Shown here: positions 23,165 through 34,976 of the stretch, piece by piece | Layout of the letters: each line of letters opens with the position of its first letter | How positions within the stretch are numbered: position 1 is the stretch's first letter | Assembly: GCA_000182565.2 (NCBI GenBank) | Contig: KQ257451.1 | Source of the DNA: Spizellomyces punctatus DAOM BR117 | Taxonomy: Eukaryota | Reading direction: 5' to 3' (one strand) | DNA length: 64,000 nucleotides | The notes under the pieces: model-generated | Databases searched by the model: none | What the model saw: the letters and a program-made list of their open reading frames with translations, nothing else | Told to the model about the DNA's origin: nothing | Translations under genes and position numbers: made by a program

Positions 23165-24541
23165 TCACTCCCAATTTCCCCAATCATCATCCTCTTCCGC
23201 CTTTGGGTCGGGGGATGGACTGGACTGCCCTGCGGGTCCGTTGACGACTTCGAAGCTGTCTGTGGAGTCCATGCTCCGCTTTGCGGCGAGGTGCGTAGGG
23301 CGCGGGCTGGGAGACTGGGTTTCTGAGGTTTCTTGGGAAGATGCCGGATTCGGGGATGTTGACGATTCCTTTGATGGGGAGGTTTCGAGACGCGGGTTTG
23401 CTGTAAACTCTGTCGACGCAATCTCAGAGGCCGAATCATCTTGTAAAGCAGTGTCGATTTGTTCCGATGCTTCCTCAGACATAGTTTCGGACGTCCGAGT
23501 TGCATCCTTTTCTTCAGGTCCAGCTTTAGCATCTCCGCCAACCTCCTCCTCCTCTTCTTCATCTTCAGATCCCCACGAAAATGCCTCCTCGTCTTGCTCT
23601 GAAAGGTTCATCAGCTCTTTTCTAACCGCTTCTTCTCTATCTACCTCCGCAATTCGGAAAAAGTATCGCAGCCAAAATTCGTTGAAAGACATTTCGCTCG
23701 GTACAAACTGTGCCAGCATTCCTTTCACCACTGGGTCCTGTTCTAGCACAGCGATTTCCTGATTGGGGGTCGTGAACGTTTCTTGAAAGGTCTTGAATCG
23801 GGCGCAAAATTCTTCGTCTGTTGACTTTGAGGGATCCGTTTGGTAGGTAGATGGGTCGGCTTTGAGGGAGGCGAGCAGAGCAGCTTTGCGGTTGAAGATC
23901 ACATCTCGCTTGACCGGTTTGCTTTTCGTTTTGCTGACATGCTCCTGCACTTCTTCACCGGGTACAATCGTTACAGCCGAACTCAAAAACTGCGTCAATC
24001 CCTCACTAAACTTTCCCAACAATTTATCTGCTTTGACCGTCAGTTCATCCAATGCGCTCAAGTCCAGCGTCTTGTCTGCTCTAGGGGTGACGGTCCCAGA
24101 GCCCGGACCAGCGAGGACCATATCACCAACCGCAATAGCAGAAAGATCCTCAGGAGTGGATTCATGTTTATTATCATGTTCGGTAGGGGCACTAATTTCT
24201 GCAAATGTGTCTTTGAGGGTATGTGAAATCTTGTCAAACTGCGTCGTGGATTCTGTCGTAACGACTGAAACAAGTTCCGAAAGGTCACGCTTATAAACGT
24301 CTACGACAGCTTCGCTTTGTTTCTTCACGGCGTCAACAAGTCCTCCCCAAGAAAACCCTTGCCATCCAAACGACGAGGGCTGCTTTGCTTGCTGTAGAGG
24401 TAGAGTTGGTTGCCTTTCTTCCAGCTCCGAGGGGGTGGGAGGCAACTGAATAGAGGCATCTAGTAGTTCTGCATTGGCAGCGCGCAGGTCGGCAGCTGTT
24501 GGGAGGTCTTCCACTGTTTCTAGCGCTTCGAGACTGGACAT
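23165..24541 (-). CDS. BSD-domain protein (BSDC1/Dos2-like)
   Basis: Single ORF with DLSELVSVV N-terminal region, BSD core VPSEMSFNEFWLRYFFR and acidic C-terminus ending DDDWGNWE. Confidence 0.85.
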   Translation of the reverse strand: MSSLEALETVEDLPTAADLRAANAELLDASIQLPPTPSELEERQPTLPLQQAKQPSSFGWQGFSWGGLVDAVKKQSEAVVDVYKRDLSELVSVVTTESTTQFDKISHTLKDTFAEISAPTEHDNKHESTPEDLSAIAVGDMVLAGPGSGTVTPRADKTLDLSALDELTVKADKLLGKFSEGLTQFLSSAVTIVPGEEVQEHVSKTKSKPVKRDVIFNRKAALLASLKADPSTYQTDPSKSTDEEFCARFKTFQETFTTPNQEIAVLEQDPVVKGMLAQFVPSEMSFNEFWLRYFFRIAEVDREEAVRKELMNLSEQDEEAFSWGSEDEEEEEEVGGDAKAGPEEKDATRTSETMSEEASEQIDTALQDDSASEIASTEFTANPRLETSPSKESSTSPNPASSQETSETQSPSPRPTHLAAKRSMDSTDSFEVVNGPAGQSSPSPDPKAEEDDDWGNWE

Positions 24542-24839
24542 GGAGGGCAGTTATGTATGATAAAAGACCCAATTTCCACAGCGTCGTCTTGGGCGACTTT
24601 AACCGTGTTGGCGCTTGCCTCACCTGACGCGTACAATCTGACGCACATTATGCGATATTAAGCATTCAAAAACTTGTCAAAAAATAACGAAACGTTCATG
24701 CATTGCTATTATCAAACATCCGTCGATTCACCCCCACCATAGTAGCGAAAAAAGGAAAATTACATACAATCGAACACATGGTCTATAAAAATAAGTCTAT
24801 TCTATCTATGCTCAAGAAAATGCTGAAAAAGGGAAAGTG

Positions 24840-26400
24840 TCAATATATAAACTGTGATATGTCTCCTTTGCCCGAATCACTCCGTTTTGATGCATTCTTC
24901 CGCTCGCGGTGCTTCAGGAAGAGATGAAAGGTGTTGCGATACAGAAGATCGAGGATTTCGTCGACCGCTGGATCAAAAACTGTGACGGATATCCCCGCAG
25001 GTGCAACGACGGCGGGTACGCCAGCCTCGTCACGCTGTTGAAGTTGTGTAATGATACCGCGGCGGATGGCGTGGGAGATGTTGACTTCATGTTGGGCGCC
25101 GGGCATGATGAAAGCAGAGTAAAAAAGGAGGACGTGGTCCATGATGGAGGCTGGAATCATGTGCGTGGTTGTGGTTGGATTGGCAACGGTGCTAGTGTTC
25201 TGTTCCAGGAAGCGCAGGAGGCAGCGGGTTAACCCTATTTCGGGTTTGGGAACTCCTGCGAATTCCGGTAGCGCTTCGGATATTTGGAGTTCCAGTCGGA
25301 TATACGCTTCGTAAAACATGATATTTTCCAGGCAAAGTGTTTCCTACTCTCGCCGTTTAGAGTTTTCGTTCGACATTACGACCGGCGCATCCGGTACTCA
25401 CCTTGGCAAACTCAACCAATTCCGCATACAGCTCCTGATGATACAGCACTCGGATGAAACAGTCCCGAGTGTACTGCAGCTCCAATTCTGGTTCCTCTCC
25501 ATCAACTGAACTTGCTCTCGACTTGTTGGGATTGGGATTCCCGACAGGATTGCCGACACCTTTTCCAAGTCCAAGCCATTTTCGGCGCCCTTTAGACGCT
25601 GCCGAGGAGTCCGAGTCCTCACTACTCAGACTCGACACTCGTTTTCGGCCGCCGTCTTTCCGGGTCAAGGCTGCATCGAGACTTAGGCGGCCTACAGCTT
25701 CCTCCAAATCTGCTACAGGTGATTTTCCTCGCTTGGAAGCCAAAAATTCGGGGTAAAATCGCTTGTACAGCAGTTCGTGTACCTCATCTGCCGCAGCATC
25801 CAGGACAGACACTGGAACCCGGTTCTCGTCTAGTAGAGTCAATTTATCAGCAACAGACTGTCGCACAGCTTGGGATAGCCCCACGATCTCCTCGGGTCCG
25901 CCTGCTATTACAAAAGATCGGTAAAACCGGTTCAACAGCGTCGTCAACCAATCTGGAACGGTAATCACTTCGTCATTGCTGTTCGAAGATCCCGATGATT
26001 CTGTCTCGGCTCTGAGAAATCGTCTGATACATGGTGGCTCTCCCGGATCGGGAAGGGCGTGGCGGATATCTGCTCCAGCAGCGATCGCCAATAGAAGACT
26101 CTCAAGTCTTATATATCCGTCACGAAATAAGAGCAGTGGAGCACCTTCGGTTGAAGACTAGAGGACATTCATCATTTATTGCATAGCTTATCCTACGATT
26201 TAAAGTCAAGCACTTACAGAAAACTGTTGTCGGAATTCGGTATACAGTTGTGCATCACCCAACACCTTTGCAAATGAGTCCCTCGATCCATCCAGAGCAT
26301 GGCTCACTCGACTTTTTTCGGTCGCAACTAACCCTCGTGGACGACGTACTGGCAGCAGCTTGGACAGTAATCCTTGTGACGGCCCTTTGTTCGCCGCCAT
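24840..26400 (-). CDS. Tandem RGS-domain (regulator of G-protein signalling-like) protein
   Basis: Repeat 1: FAKVLGDAQLYTEF...FYRSFV.AGGPEEI...VLDAAADEVHELLYKRFYPEFL. Repeat 2: FIRVLYHQELYAEL..FAK...ENIMFYE...FIMPGAQHEVNISH...VFDPAVDEILDLLYRNTFHLFL. Introns at ~26162-26217 and ~25350-25401. Confidence 0.75.
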
Positions 26401-26989
26401 TTCAAATTCACCTCGGCGTACACCACTTGCGATCGAGTGTTCAAACATTCAAACGGGGAAAGTTCGCTGTGTTCTTTCTTTAGGTCATTCCAATACACCA
26501 CCGTCAGCCATTTTCTTTCTTCTTTGGTTTTTTTTATCAATGCAAATGTCAATTGCTCACTGGCCTTGCAAAAGGCCCGAAACTTGCCCCAATTGGTCGT
26601 CATCGTCTTTGGAGTGGGAGATTTGAAACTGGTGGCACAGTTTTGTTAGTGGAGGCACAGCAAGTGCAAGTGTGAAATTTTGGGCTTGGACTCCCTTTTC
26701 CTGCAGCGTTTCGCGGCATCGGCAAATTGACCCAGGGCATAGGCGCCGACGAGCGGACGGTTTGGCAGTTGCGAGCCGTCAGCCAAACGAATTTCCTTTT
26801 CTTGCTCATGATCGGAATTTCGAAGCGGCAATGGAAAACCGCTGGCCAATTTGACGGAGTGTGAAGGATTTCCACACACAAAAGTCACCCAAAGTGCGCA
26901 GAAAGATAAGCGTGGCTCAAGAGTTTTTCGAATAATTTCATGCCATGAATAACAAGCTTTTAGCTACATTCTTAAAGTTCCGAGGCTTG

Positions 26990-28414
<1,425 letters not shown>

Positions 28415-28545
28415 TTAGAACATGTGCTATTGGACTTCTGCTGGAAACCAACTAGTCATTTGGAGCCAATGCATTGGAATGAATGGTTGTTCCTGGTTGA
28501 GATTGCATTTAAGCTAGTTGATCTTCCTCCAGCAACGTTCCCATC

Positions 28546-29355
28546 ATGTCGCCTTCTTCAATATCAATGGCCAATATCCTGCGCCTAGCAACCTCCGTCA
28601 ACGAACATTTATCATACATTCATATTCCCACTGCATCAAATATCGGCCTTGTTCTTGTCAATGGGTGGTATTCTACTCTAAATGGATCCCGCAAAAACAA
28701 CTTTTTCGCCAATTACGCCCGTCGTCGTAAGCTAACGCTCACCGCTTACGACCACTATGCGCATGGTCTCTCTTCTGGCTCTATGGACAACTTTACAATT
28801 GGAACGGCCAAGAAGGATCTCTTACGGGTTTTAGATGAGGTTGTTGCACCAAGTCAGCGCCAGATATTGATTGGATCATCGATGGGGTATTGGTTGTCTC
28901 TTCTTGCTCAACGGCAACGGCCGGAAAAGGTTGCTGGGATTGTGGGCATAGGTGGTGCCCCTAATTTCACCGCTTTGCTTTTGGATGAACTAGCCCCAGG
29001 CCAGATTGATCATTTAAGCCATCTGGCTCGGACAGAGCAGAGGGCTTCGTATCAGCGTCCGTCGCAATACGATCCAGCTGGATATCAAGTGGGATGGAGC
29101 CTTCTTCAGGAGGGCCAACGGCATTATATTACAAAGGGGTGGAAGGTCAACTGTCCCATTAGACTCTTTCATGGCATGCATGATACGGACATGCCATGGA
29201 CGGAGGCCATCAAATATGTAGGCTTCCTGGATTCCAGAGATGTGACCATAACCTTGATCAAGGACGGGAATCATAGATTAAGTAGAGAACAAGATTTGAA
29301 ACGGGTTGCTAAAGAGTTAGATCTTTTGTCCGGGTATGAAATGGTGGGGGGCTGA
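28546..29355 (+). CDS. ABHD10-like alpha/beta hydrolase, intronless
   Basis: YDHYAHGLSSG, nucleophile motif LIGSSMG, VGIGGAPNFT, CPIRLFHGMHDTDMPW, and LIKDGNHRLSREQDL (ABHD10/alphaproteobacterial-type C-terminus). Confidence 0.8.
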   Translation: MSPSSISMANILRLATSVNEHLSYIHIPTASNIGLVLVNGWYSTLNGSRKNNFFANYARRRKLTLTAYDHYAHGLSSGSMDNFTIGTAKKDLLRVLDEVVAPSQRQILIGSSMGYWLSLLAQRQRPEKVAGIVGIGGAPNFTALLLDELAPGQIDHLSHLARTEQRASYQRPSQYDPAGYQVGWSLLQEGQRHYITKGWKVNCPIRLFHGMHDTDMPWTEAIKYVGFLDSRDVTITLIKDGNHRLSREQDLKRVAKELDLLSGYEMVGG

Positions 29356-29496
29356 AAGAGGTGTCATTGCAAGTCTGTCCTGCCAGCGACGATGACGAGA
29401 AATATGCTTAAGTATTATATTCACGTCGAGTCAACGGAAGTCGACCCTACGTCCTCCGGTCAACGATGTACTCTATATGTTATCAATCATGCCTCT

Positions 29497-31419
29497 TTAG
29501 CCCGCTGCTCTCCACAGATCCTCATCGACAGACACCTTTTTTTCACTGAAAGCGTCCAAGAGCGCCTTCCCCTCTTGAGGCTCATCTTGAGGCTCAGGGT
29601 CAATGGGTGCCAATTTCGTCAAATCGATGGTCTGTCCGGACGCCACTATCTGAAACCCCTTCAGTTGGTCCCCCTCCCCAATGATTTGCAGCACTCTGGT
29701 TATGCCATCGGTAGGATGCAACTTCCCTGGCGCTTCCTTCCTGGTTTGGACATATTCCCGCACGTAGTCTAGCGCCTGTTGGTTCAAGGGTTTGCCTGCG
29801 TCCCACACACTGTATATGAGTCCGTTGTAAGTATATTGGTCAGGTTCCAACCCAGCCTTTTTCATTCGGTCGAGATAATACGCTGCCTTTTCGGGATTTT
29901 TGTGTGGTGCTTTGGAAAAAGCGGAAATGACTGCATTGTAAGAGTAGAAATCTGCTCCACTTTCGGCCTGTGTGGATATTTCTTCAAAAGTCGATTCCGC
30001 ATCTTCCCCTCGGCCCAGCTTCGAAAGGCATGAAAGTTCAAGTTTGAGGATATCAACGGTCATCGGCCATCGGTGGCTATTGCGCTTATGTTCCTTCCGA
30101 TATTCGCGCAACAAAGCAATGGCCTGACGGTATTCTTTGTCCTCCAGAAAGCCTTCCAAAATACCCTTGTACAATGCAGGACTCGGGAATGCCCCAGCTC
30201 GCTCAATCAGGTTTCGAAGTCCCGCCGTATACATTCCTACCGATTTGGAAAGCGCTGCATGTGTGTTTCGATTGGGGCCAACGCGCTTAACTAGCATTGA
30301 AATATACATGCGCATCGCCGCTATTGGATCTCGTTGATGCCAATAAGCGGTCAGCATCAGATTGTATGTGACGGTGTTCGCGGGGACACCGTGAGTCTCC
30401 ATTTCTCTCAAAATTTTGTCTGCTTCAAGGACACGGTTCGCTCGAAGAAAGCCGCGAAGGAGAGAATTATAGGAACGCGTGGTTCTTCCGTATCCATTCT
30501 CCAACTTCTTGTATACCAGCTTCCGAGCTTCTTCGATATCGCCTTTGCTGGAGGCAAAGTATTCTATCAAAATGTCATATGTCCGTCCATCTGGCAAAAA
30601 CCCGTTATCCTTTCCAAATAACAATACTCGCTGAACAAGATCGTCCTGCTTCAACTGTACAGCGTGTTCAAGGAGTGCATTGTAAGGTCCGGACAATTGT
30701 GCAATTGGATACCGCCCCACGCTATCCTCGAGTTCCTTCAAGGCATCTGTAGGCCGGTCCCAAGCCTTCGCAGTAAGTAAGATAAAGGGAGCCACACGCG
30801 GAAGGTTCCATCCGCGTTCAGCCATGATCTTCCAGATCTTTTGCACCTTTTTGACCTGACCCGCATAGGCGTAGTATGAGGCCAGTGCAACATACGTAGG
30901 TGTATTTGGCTCAAGCCCATTCTTACGCATAGTAGCAATGATCCCTTCCGCAGTGCGGATACGACTTTCTTTCGTCAGCCTGGCACCCCAGGACAAGGTG
31001 TGTGACCTTATTAACCGCAAAAAACCATTGAATACGTCCAAGCCAATTTCCTTCAAGTTATCATTCCTTTCGAGATATTTGTAAGCATCCCAGGCCAATC
31101 TGTGGTCCTGCTGACGCACATATTTGACAAATTGGTCGGGAGTGAAGTGTGGTCGGGAATCATTTGGTGATTGCGGGATAGGCTTGTCAATATACTCCCG
31201 TAAAATACTCCGCACGCTTGCGACTGCGTCTTTCGACGACTCTGCGCCAGAGGACGCTGTGCTTTCTTTTATTACGCTCAGTTGTTGCTCAGGGGCAGAG
31301 TTCGTATGCTGCTTCCTAAGAAAGCAGGATGGTGTTGTAGCGGGGTGACGGACCGTCGGACATCGACGGGAAGCTTGAGCGACAGGCTGCGCTAACCGAC
31401 GTGCTATTGTGTGGAACAT
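29497..31419 (-). CDS. Pentatricopeptide-repeat (PPR) protein, probably mitochondrial
   Basis: Arg-rich presequence MFHTIARRL; multiple PPR motifs (TYVALASYY, TYDILIEYF, SYNSLLRGF, TYNLMLTAY, SYNAVISAF, TYNGLI with M...G..PD/PN ends). Confidence 0.9.
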   Translation of the reverse strand: MFHTIARRLAQPVAQASRRCPTVRHPATTPSCFLRKQHTNSAPEQQLSVIKESTASSGAESSKDAVASVRSILREYIDKPIPQSPNDSRPHFTPDQFVKYVRQQDHRLAWDAYKYLERNDNLKEIGLDVFNGFLRLIRSHTLSWGARLTKESRIRTAEGIIATMRKNGLEPNTPTYVALASYYAYAGQVKKVQKIWKIMAERGWNLPRVAPFILLTAKAWDRPTDALKELEDSVGRYPIAQLSGPYNALLEHAVQLKQDDLVQRVLLFGKDNGFLPDGRTYDILIEYFASSKGDIEEARKLVYKKLENGYGRTTRSYNSLLRGFLRANRVLEADKILREMETHGVPANTVTYNLMLTAYWHQRDPIAAMRMYISMLVKRVGPNRNTHAALSKSVGMYTAGLRNLIERAGAFPSPALYKGILEGFLEDKEYRQAIALLREYRKEHKRNSHRWPMTVDILKLELSCLSKLGRGEDAESTFEEISTQAESGADFYSYNAVISAFSKAPHKNPEKAAYYLDRMKKAGLEPDQYTYNGLIYSVWDAGKPLNQQALDYVREYVQTRKEAPGKLHPTDGITRVLQIIGEGDQLKGFQIVASGQTIDLTKLAPIDPEPQDEPQEGKALLDAFSEKKVSVDEDLWRAAG

Positions 31420-31948
31420 GGCGAGTCTGGAATGGTATTTGGAGTTGGTCAAAAGCCCTGGCAAAGACCAACGCTGTTGTCGTGACAACGACGATGAGTC
31501 AATCCGTGGGTGACGCATCAAATGCCTGTGTTGGCAGTTGCGCATTAGCAGTCAGGCAAACGCATCCATTATTGCACAACTAGTATCGAATGCACTCTCC
31601 AGTAGGCCCTTGTTACCAGCATGGCTTGGAAGCACAATGCCTGGCAAAGCTTGAATATGACGATAAACCATAGAGTTAGTATCGCGATTGCAAGCTCGAA
31701 ACGCTGTTTAGGACTGGTGTAGTGCACCGTTACGATTTTTACTTACCATACTACACCTCGCCTTTCTTGTCGATGACTCTCCTCCTAGCGCTCTCGACTG
31801 ATAGACTGGAGACGCTTGCTGCGGTTTGGGTTTTATGCCCGTCCATAAAGCATGCTGCCTATGAAATTGCTTACCCAATCGTCTCGTAATGGCAATATCG
31901 TTCCGATCACATTGAAGAAGACACTCACCACCGCTTCAGCACATAAAG

Positions 31949-32851
31949 ATGGAGCCCATATCAAATTCAAAAGCTGAGGGGCTCGACACCGTTCCAGAAG
32001 ACGGCGGTCCACTCGTCACAGTGGGAGCCAACATCCCGCATCACCCACCAGAAGCTCGTCCGTCACGTATTACCCGTGGGTCACTCGCCAATTCCACACC
32101 CGCGTTTCAGCGGCGCATGACGATCGTGCAACAACGCCGACCGACATCTGTATTTGGTACTCCCAGCAATGCACGGGAAACTGATGATTTTGTCCCGGAT
32201 CTTCCAATTCGTCTGGCGCCAATCACCCGCGACGATATCGATCTTGCATTCGAAACGTTGAGTCGAGATGGAAAAAGGATCAAGCGGGAAGATATCAAGG
32301 TTTTTGTGGATCTACTATTTAGTGCCAGTACAGGAGGTGGGGGTAGTGCCAATGTACCTTCCAGTGCCAATCCAGGCTTGGCGCGGACATATTCTCAGGC
32401 GGGAGGTATTGGATCGACGATTGGAGGAGGGGGAGGCATCGTGGGCGGAACGAGCGGTGGCATAAATGCGAACAAGGCTAAAGCGCTAAAGTTGGTTACA
32501 AATGGAAAAGAAGAGGTTACGAAGGAAGGCTTGATAAATCTCCTGCTAAATAGGGCATTGATATCCATGCCATTTGATGAAGCATTCCAGGTATTGCACT
32601 GAAAGTTGTTTCTGGTAGAAGCTTCCAAGAATAACCATTTCCTCCTCACCTACTTGTGCAAGTGGTTTGACCCACATACCGACACGGGATCCTCGCCAGC
32701 TCTGACTGAAGCAGATCTGCGGCGACTAGCAGCTGCGATGAGTCCATACGGGGTTGCACACCGTGGGGATGTCAAGGCATTACTCGCTCACTTTGATAGG
32801 GATGGCGACGGAGTTCTTGGCTTAGAAGACTTCAAGCGGATGATCTTATGA
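31949..32851 (+). CDS. Divergent calmodulin-like EF-hand protein
   Basis: ITRDDIDLAFETL..., DEAFQ|WFDP (intron ~32591-32661), and a canonical C-terminal EF-hand DRDGDGVLGLEDF. Confidence 0.75.
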
Positions 32852-33060
32852 TATGTGCATGAACATAACACCGTGATGCTGCTTCCGTAGATTACATAGC
32901 ACTTCCGTGTCATTTAGATCATGATTCATGTAGCTCATTCAAAGCAGTCTCTGGGAACCACCAACGCTGAACGGTCATTGTTTTTAAACAGAAGACTAAA
33001 GCTCTTGATATACAGAAACACATTAGGAATGCAATCTTGAAGGCATTTCCAGGATCACCC

Positions 33061-33617
33061 TTATCCACGGCCCCGTCCAGGAGCACCAGGACCGCCTCTG
33101 CCAGCACCCATACCAGGAGGTCCAGCCCTACCCCTGCCTCTTCGACTAGCTTGTGCCCTGGCCACGGTCGCTTTACCCCTTCCCAAGCCTATACCTCTTC
33201 CTTTATTTGCCCCTGGCCCTATCCTCTTGAACATTGGAGCATTTTTGAGCATATCCGGTACAATGAAGAATCGAACTTGAGATCCGCGGACGTATACTTG
33301 TTCCAATTGACTTTGACGACCGTCCCGTTGCGTTACAATGATGTCTTTCAATTGAACGTTCATGCTGTCCTCAGCATCCAGAAGTTTGCCACGGTAGATA
33401 GCGCCAGACTTAAGCTCTAAGGTGATTATGTGACCTTCGGCTTCGTGCAGAAGCTAGATAGGAGTTAAAAGAGATGTAAGGTCAGGCAATTCATGAGGTG
33501 GCTATACAAGAAAAAGAGATCTGCGCTCCCACGATCCCATAGCCGAACGTCCGTATCGATGCAAACCACACAGAAGATCGGTCTCAGGCTTACCTTGATA
33601 GGAACACCGATAGACAT
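33061..33617 (-). CDS. SMD3: Small nuclear ribonucleoprotein Sm D3
   Basis: [22 protein letters not shown]...[14 protein letters not shown]...[23 protein letters not shown] with an RG-rich tail. One intron. Confidence 0.97.
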
Positions 33618-33724
33618 GGCTTTATATCAAGTTTGCAAGGGGAAATCGGCGTGTCGACGGTGGGTAAGAAAGATTCCGTAGACAAGTGCTGGTAGATTGC
33701 AAGCGATGTCTTGCCCCTCACATT

Positions 33725-33738
33725 GTTGCTATGGTAAC
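33725..33738. promoter_or_regulatory. X-box-like (RFX-type) near-palindrome GTTGCTATGGTAAC
   Basis: Fits the consensus GTYNCYATRGNAAC and lies in the ~200-bp divergent promoter between SmD3 and the METTL21-like gene. Confidence 0.45.
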
Positions 33739-33817
33739 GCTTTCCAGTGGCACAGCTCCTAGTGGACCAAGATCTGCACTGCACGACCGATCGAGCTTTG
33801 TCATTACATCGTGTAAG

Positions 33818-34883
33818 ATGGAGAGCATGGCCGTAGTTCCCTGGCGCTACCAGAACCCTCATGCTAATGAGAAATATAGCGCCTCACGAATTTTCTCGGT
33901 TGCTGGACATACCAGTACGTATTCTTAAGAGGGCGGATGCGTGGAGCACCAGACCAAATTGACGTATCCATCGTTAATGGCTTCAGTTGAGCTGCACCAA
34001 GACCCCAATGCAAGTATTGATCTGCATTCGCATACTGGCAATGTTGTCTGGGACAGTGCATACATTCTAGCCAAATTCATCTCCGAACATCTCTCTCTTG
34101 AAGGTAATGGTATTATTCTAGGTTTAGAGACTCCGTTGATGACCGTCTCCTGAAGTGACCTGAAAAAGTTCCGTAATGATGTTTTCTCAGGGAAAACAGT
34201 TCTTGAATTGGGCAGTGGTACAGGTCTTATTGGCATATCTGCTTGGATCGCGGGTAATGGAACGCTGTGTATCCCGTTGTTTTCCAAGGTGTTAATAGGA
34301 AGTTTACTATTGCCCCAGCCGCTAAATTAGTCATTCTCACCGATATATCGGATACCTTGGAATTAACAAAGAGAAATGTTGAAACCAACAGTCAGCGGAT
34401 CTGTGCCTCTGCTCCTGCGACGGGACATGCCAAGAACTCCATCCAGGTCATGTCGTTGACATGGTAAGTGGGTCCATCATGCGTAATCGAATCCGATTAC
34501 GGATCTAATCTCCGGTCGTCAGGGGAGAAACGGACCGGTCCCAGTACAAGTTTACTTCTGATTATCCTGACTACATTTTTGGAAGCGATATTGTGTATCT
34601 CAAAGACACTTTCAATGCTTTATGTCAAACACTGCATGCATTCAGTGGCCCAAACACACGGATTTTCTTGGCGTACAAAAAACGAGGATTGATGGAGAGC
34701 GATTTTTTCGCTATTGCTCGGGATATGGGGTTTGACGTGCAGAAGGTACATGGTGAGAAGGTCCGCAGAAATAGCATCACTTACATTTAATTTGCTAAAC
34801 TTTAGGTCGCGAGAAATAAAATATATGTAGAATTCCGATCTTCTCTCGAATACATCATCGTGGAGATGAGAAAGACTCAATGA
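33818..34883 (+). CDS. Protein-lysine methyltransferase, METTL21-like (Methyltransf_16)
   Basis: TGNVVWDSAYILAKFI, KTVLELGSGTGLIGI, VILTD, LTW, DYIFGSDIVY, LAYKKR. About four introns. Confidence 0.85.
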
Positions 34884-34976
34884 TATAATTCAATACGTGG
34901 ACTCCGATGAATATATACATATTATATACAACGCAAGTCTTGCTACTGGATGGGATTACGTCGGTGATGTCAACGA

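Noticed and set aside
26700-26860. Short inverted repeats (gtttggc...gccaaac; agcgg...ccgct) suggesting a structured ncRNA
   Set aside because: The stems are short, no tRNA, snRNA or snoRNA signature is recognisable, and the region is plausibly RGS promoter or 5' UTR.
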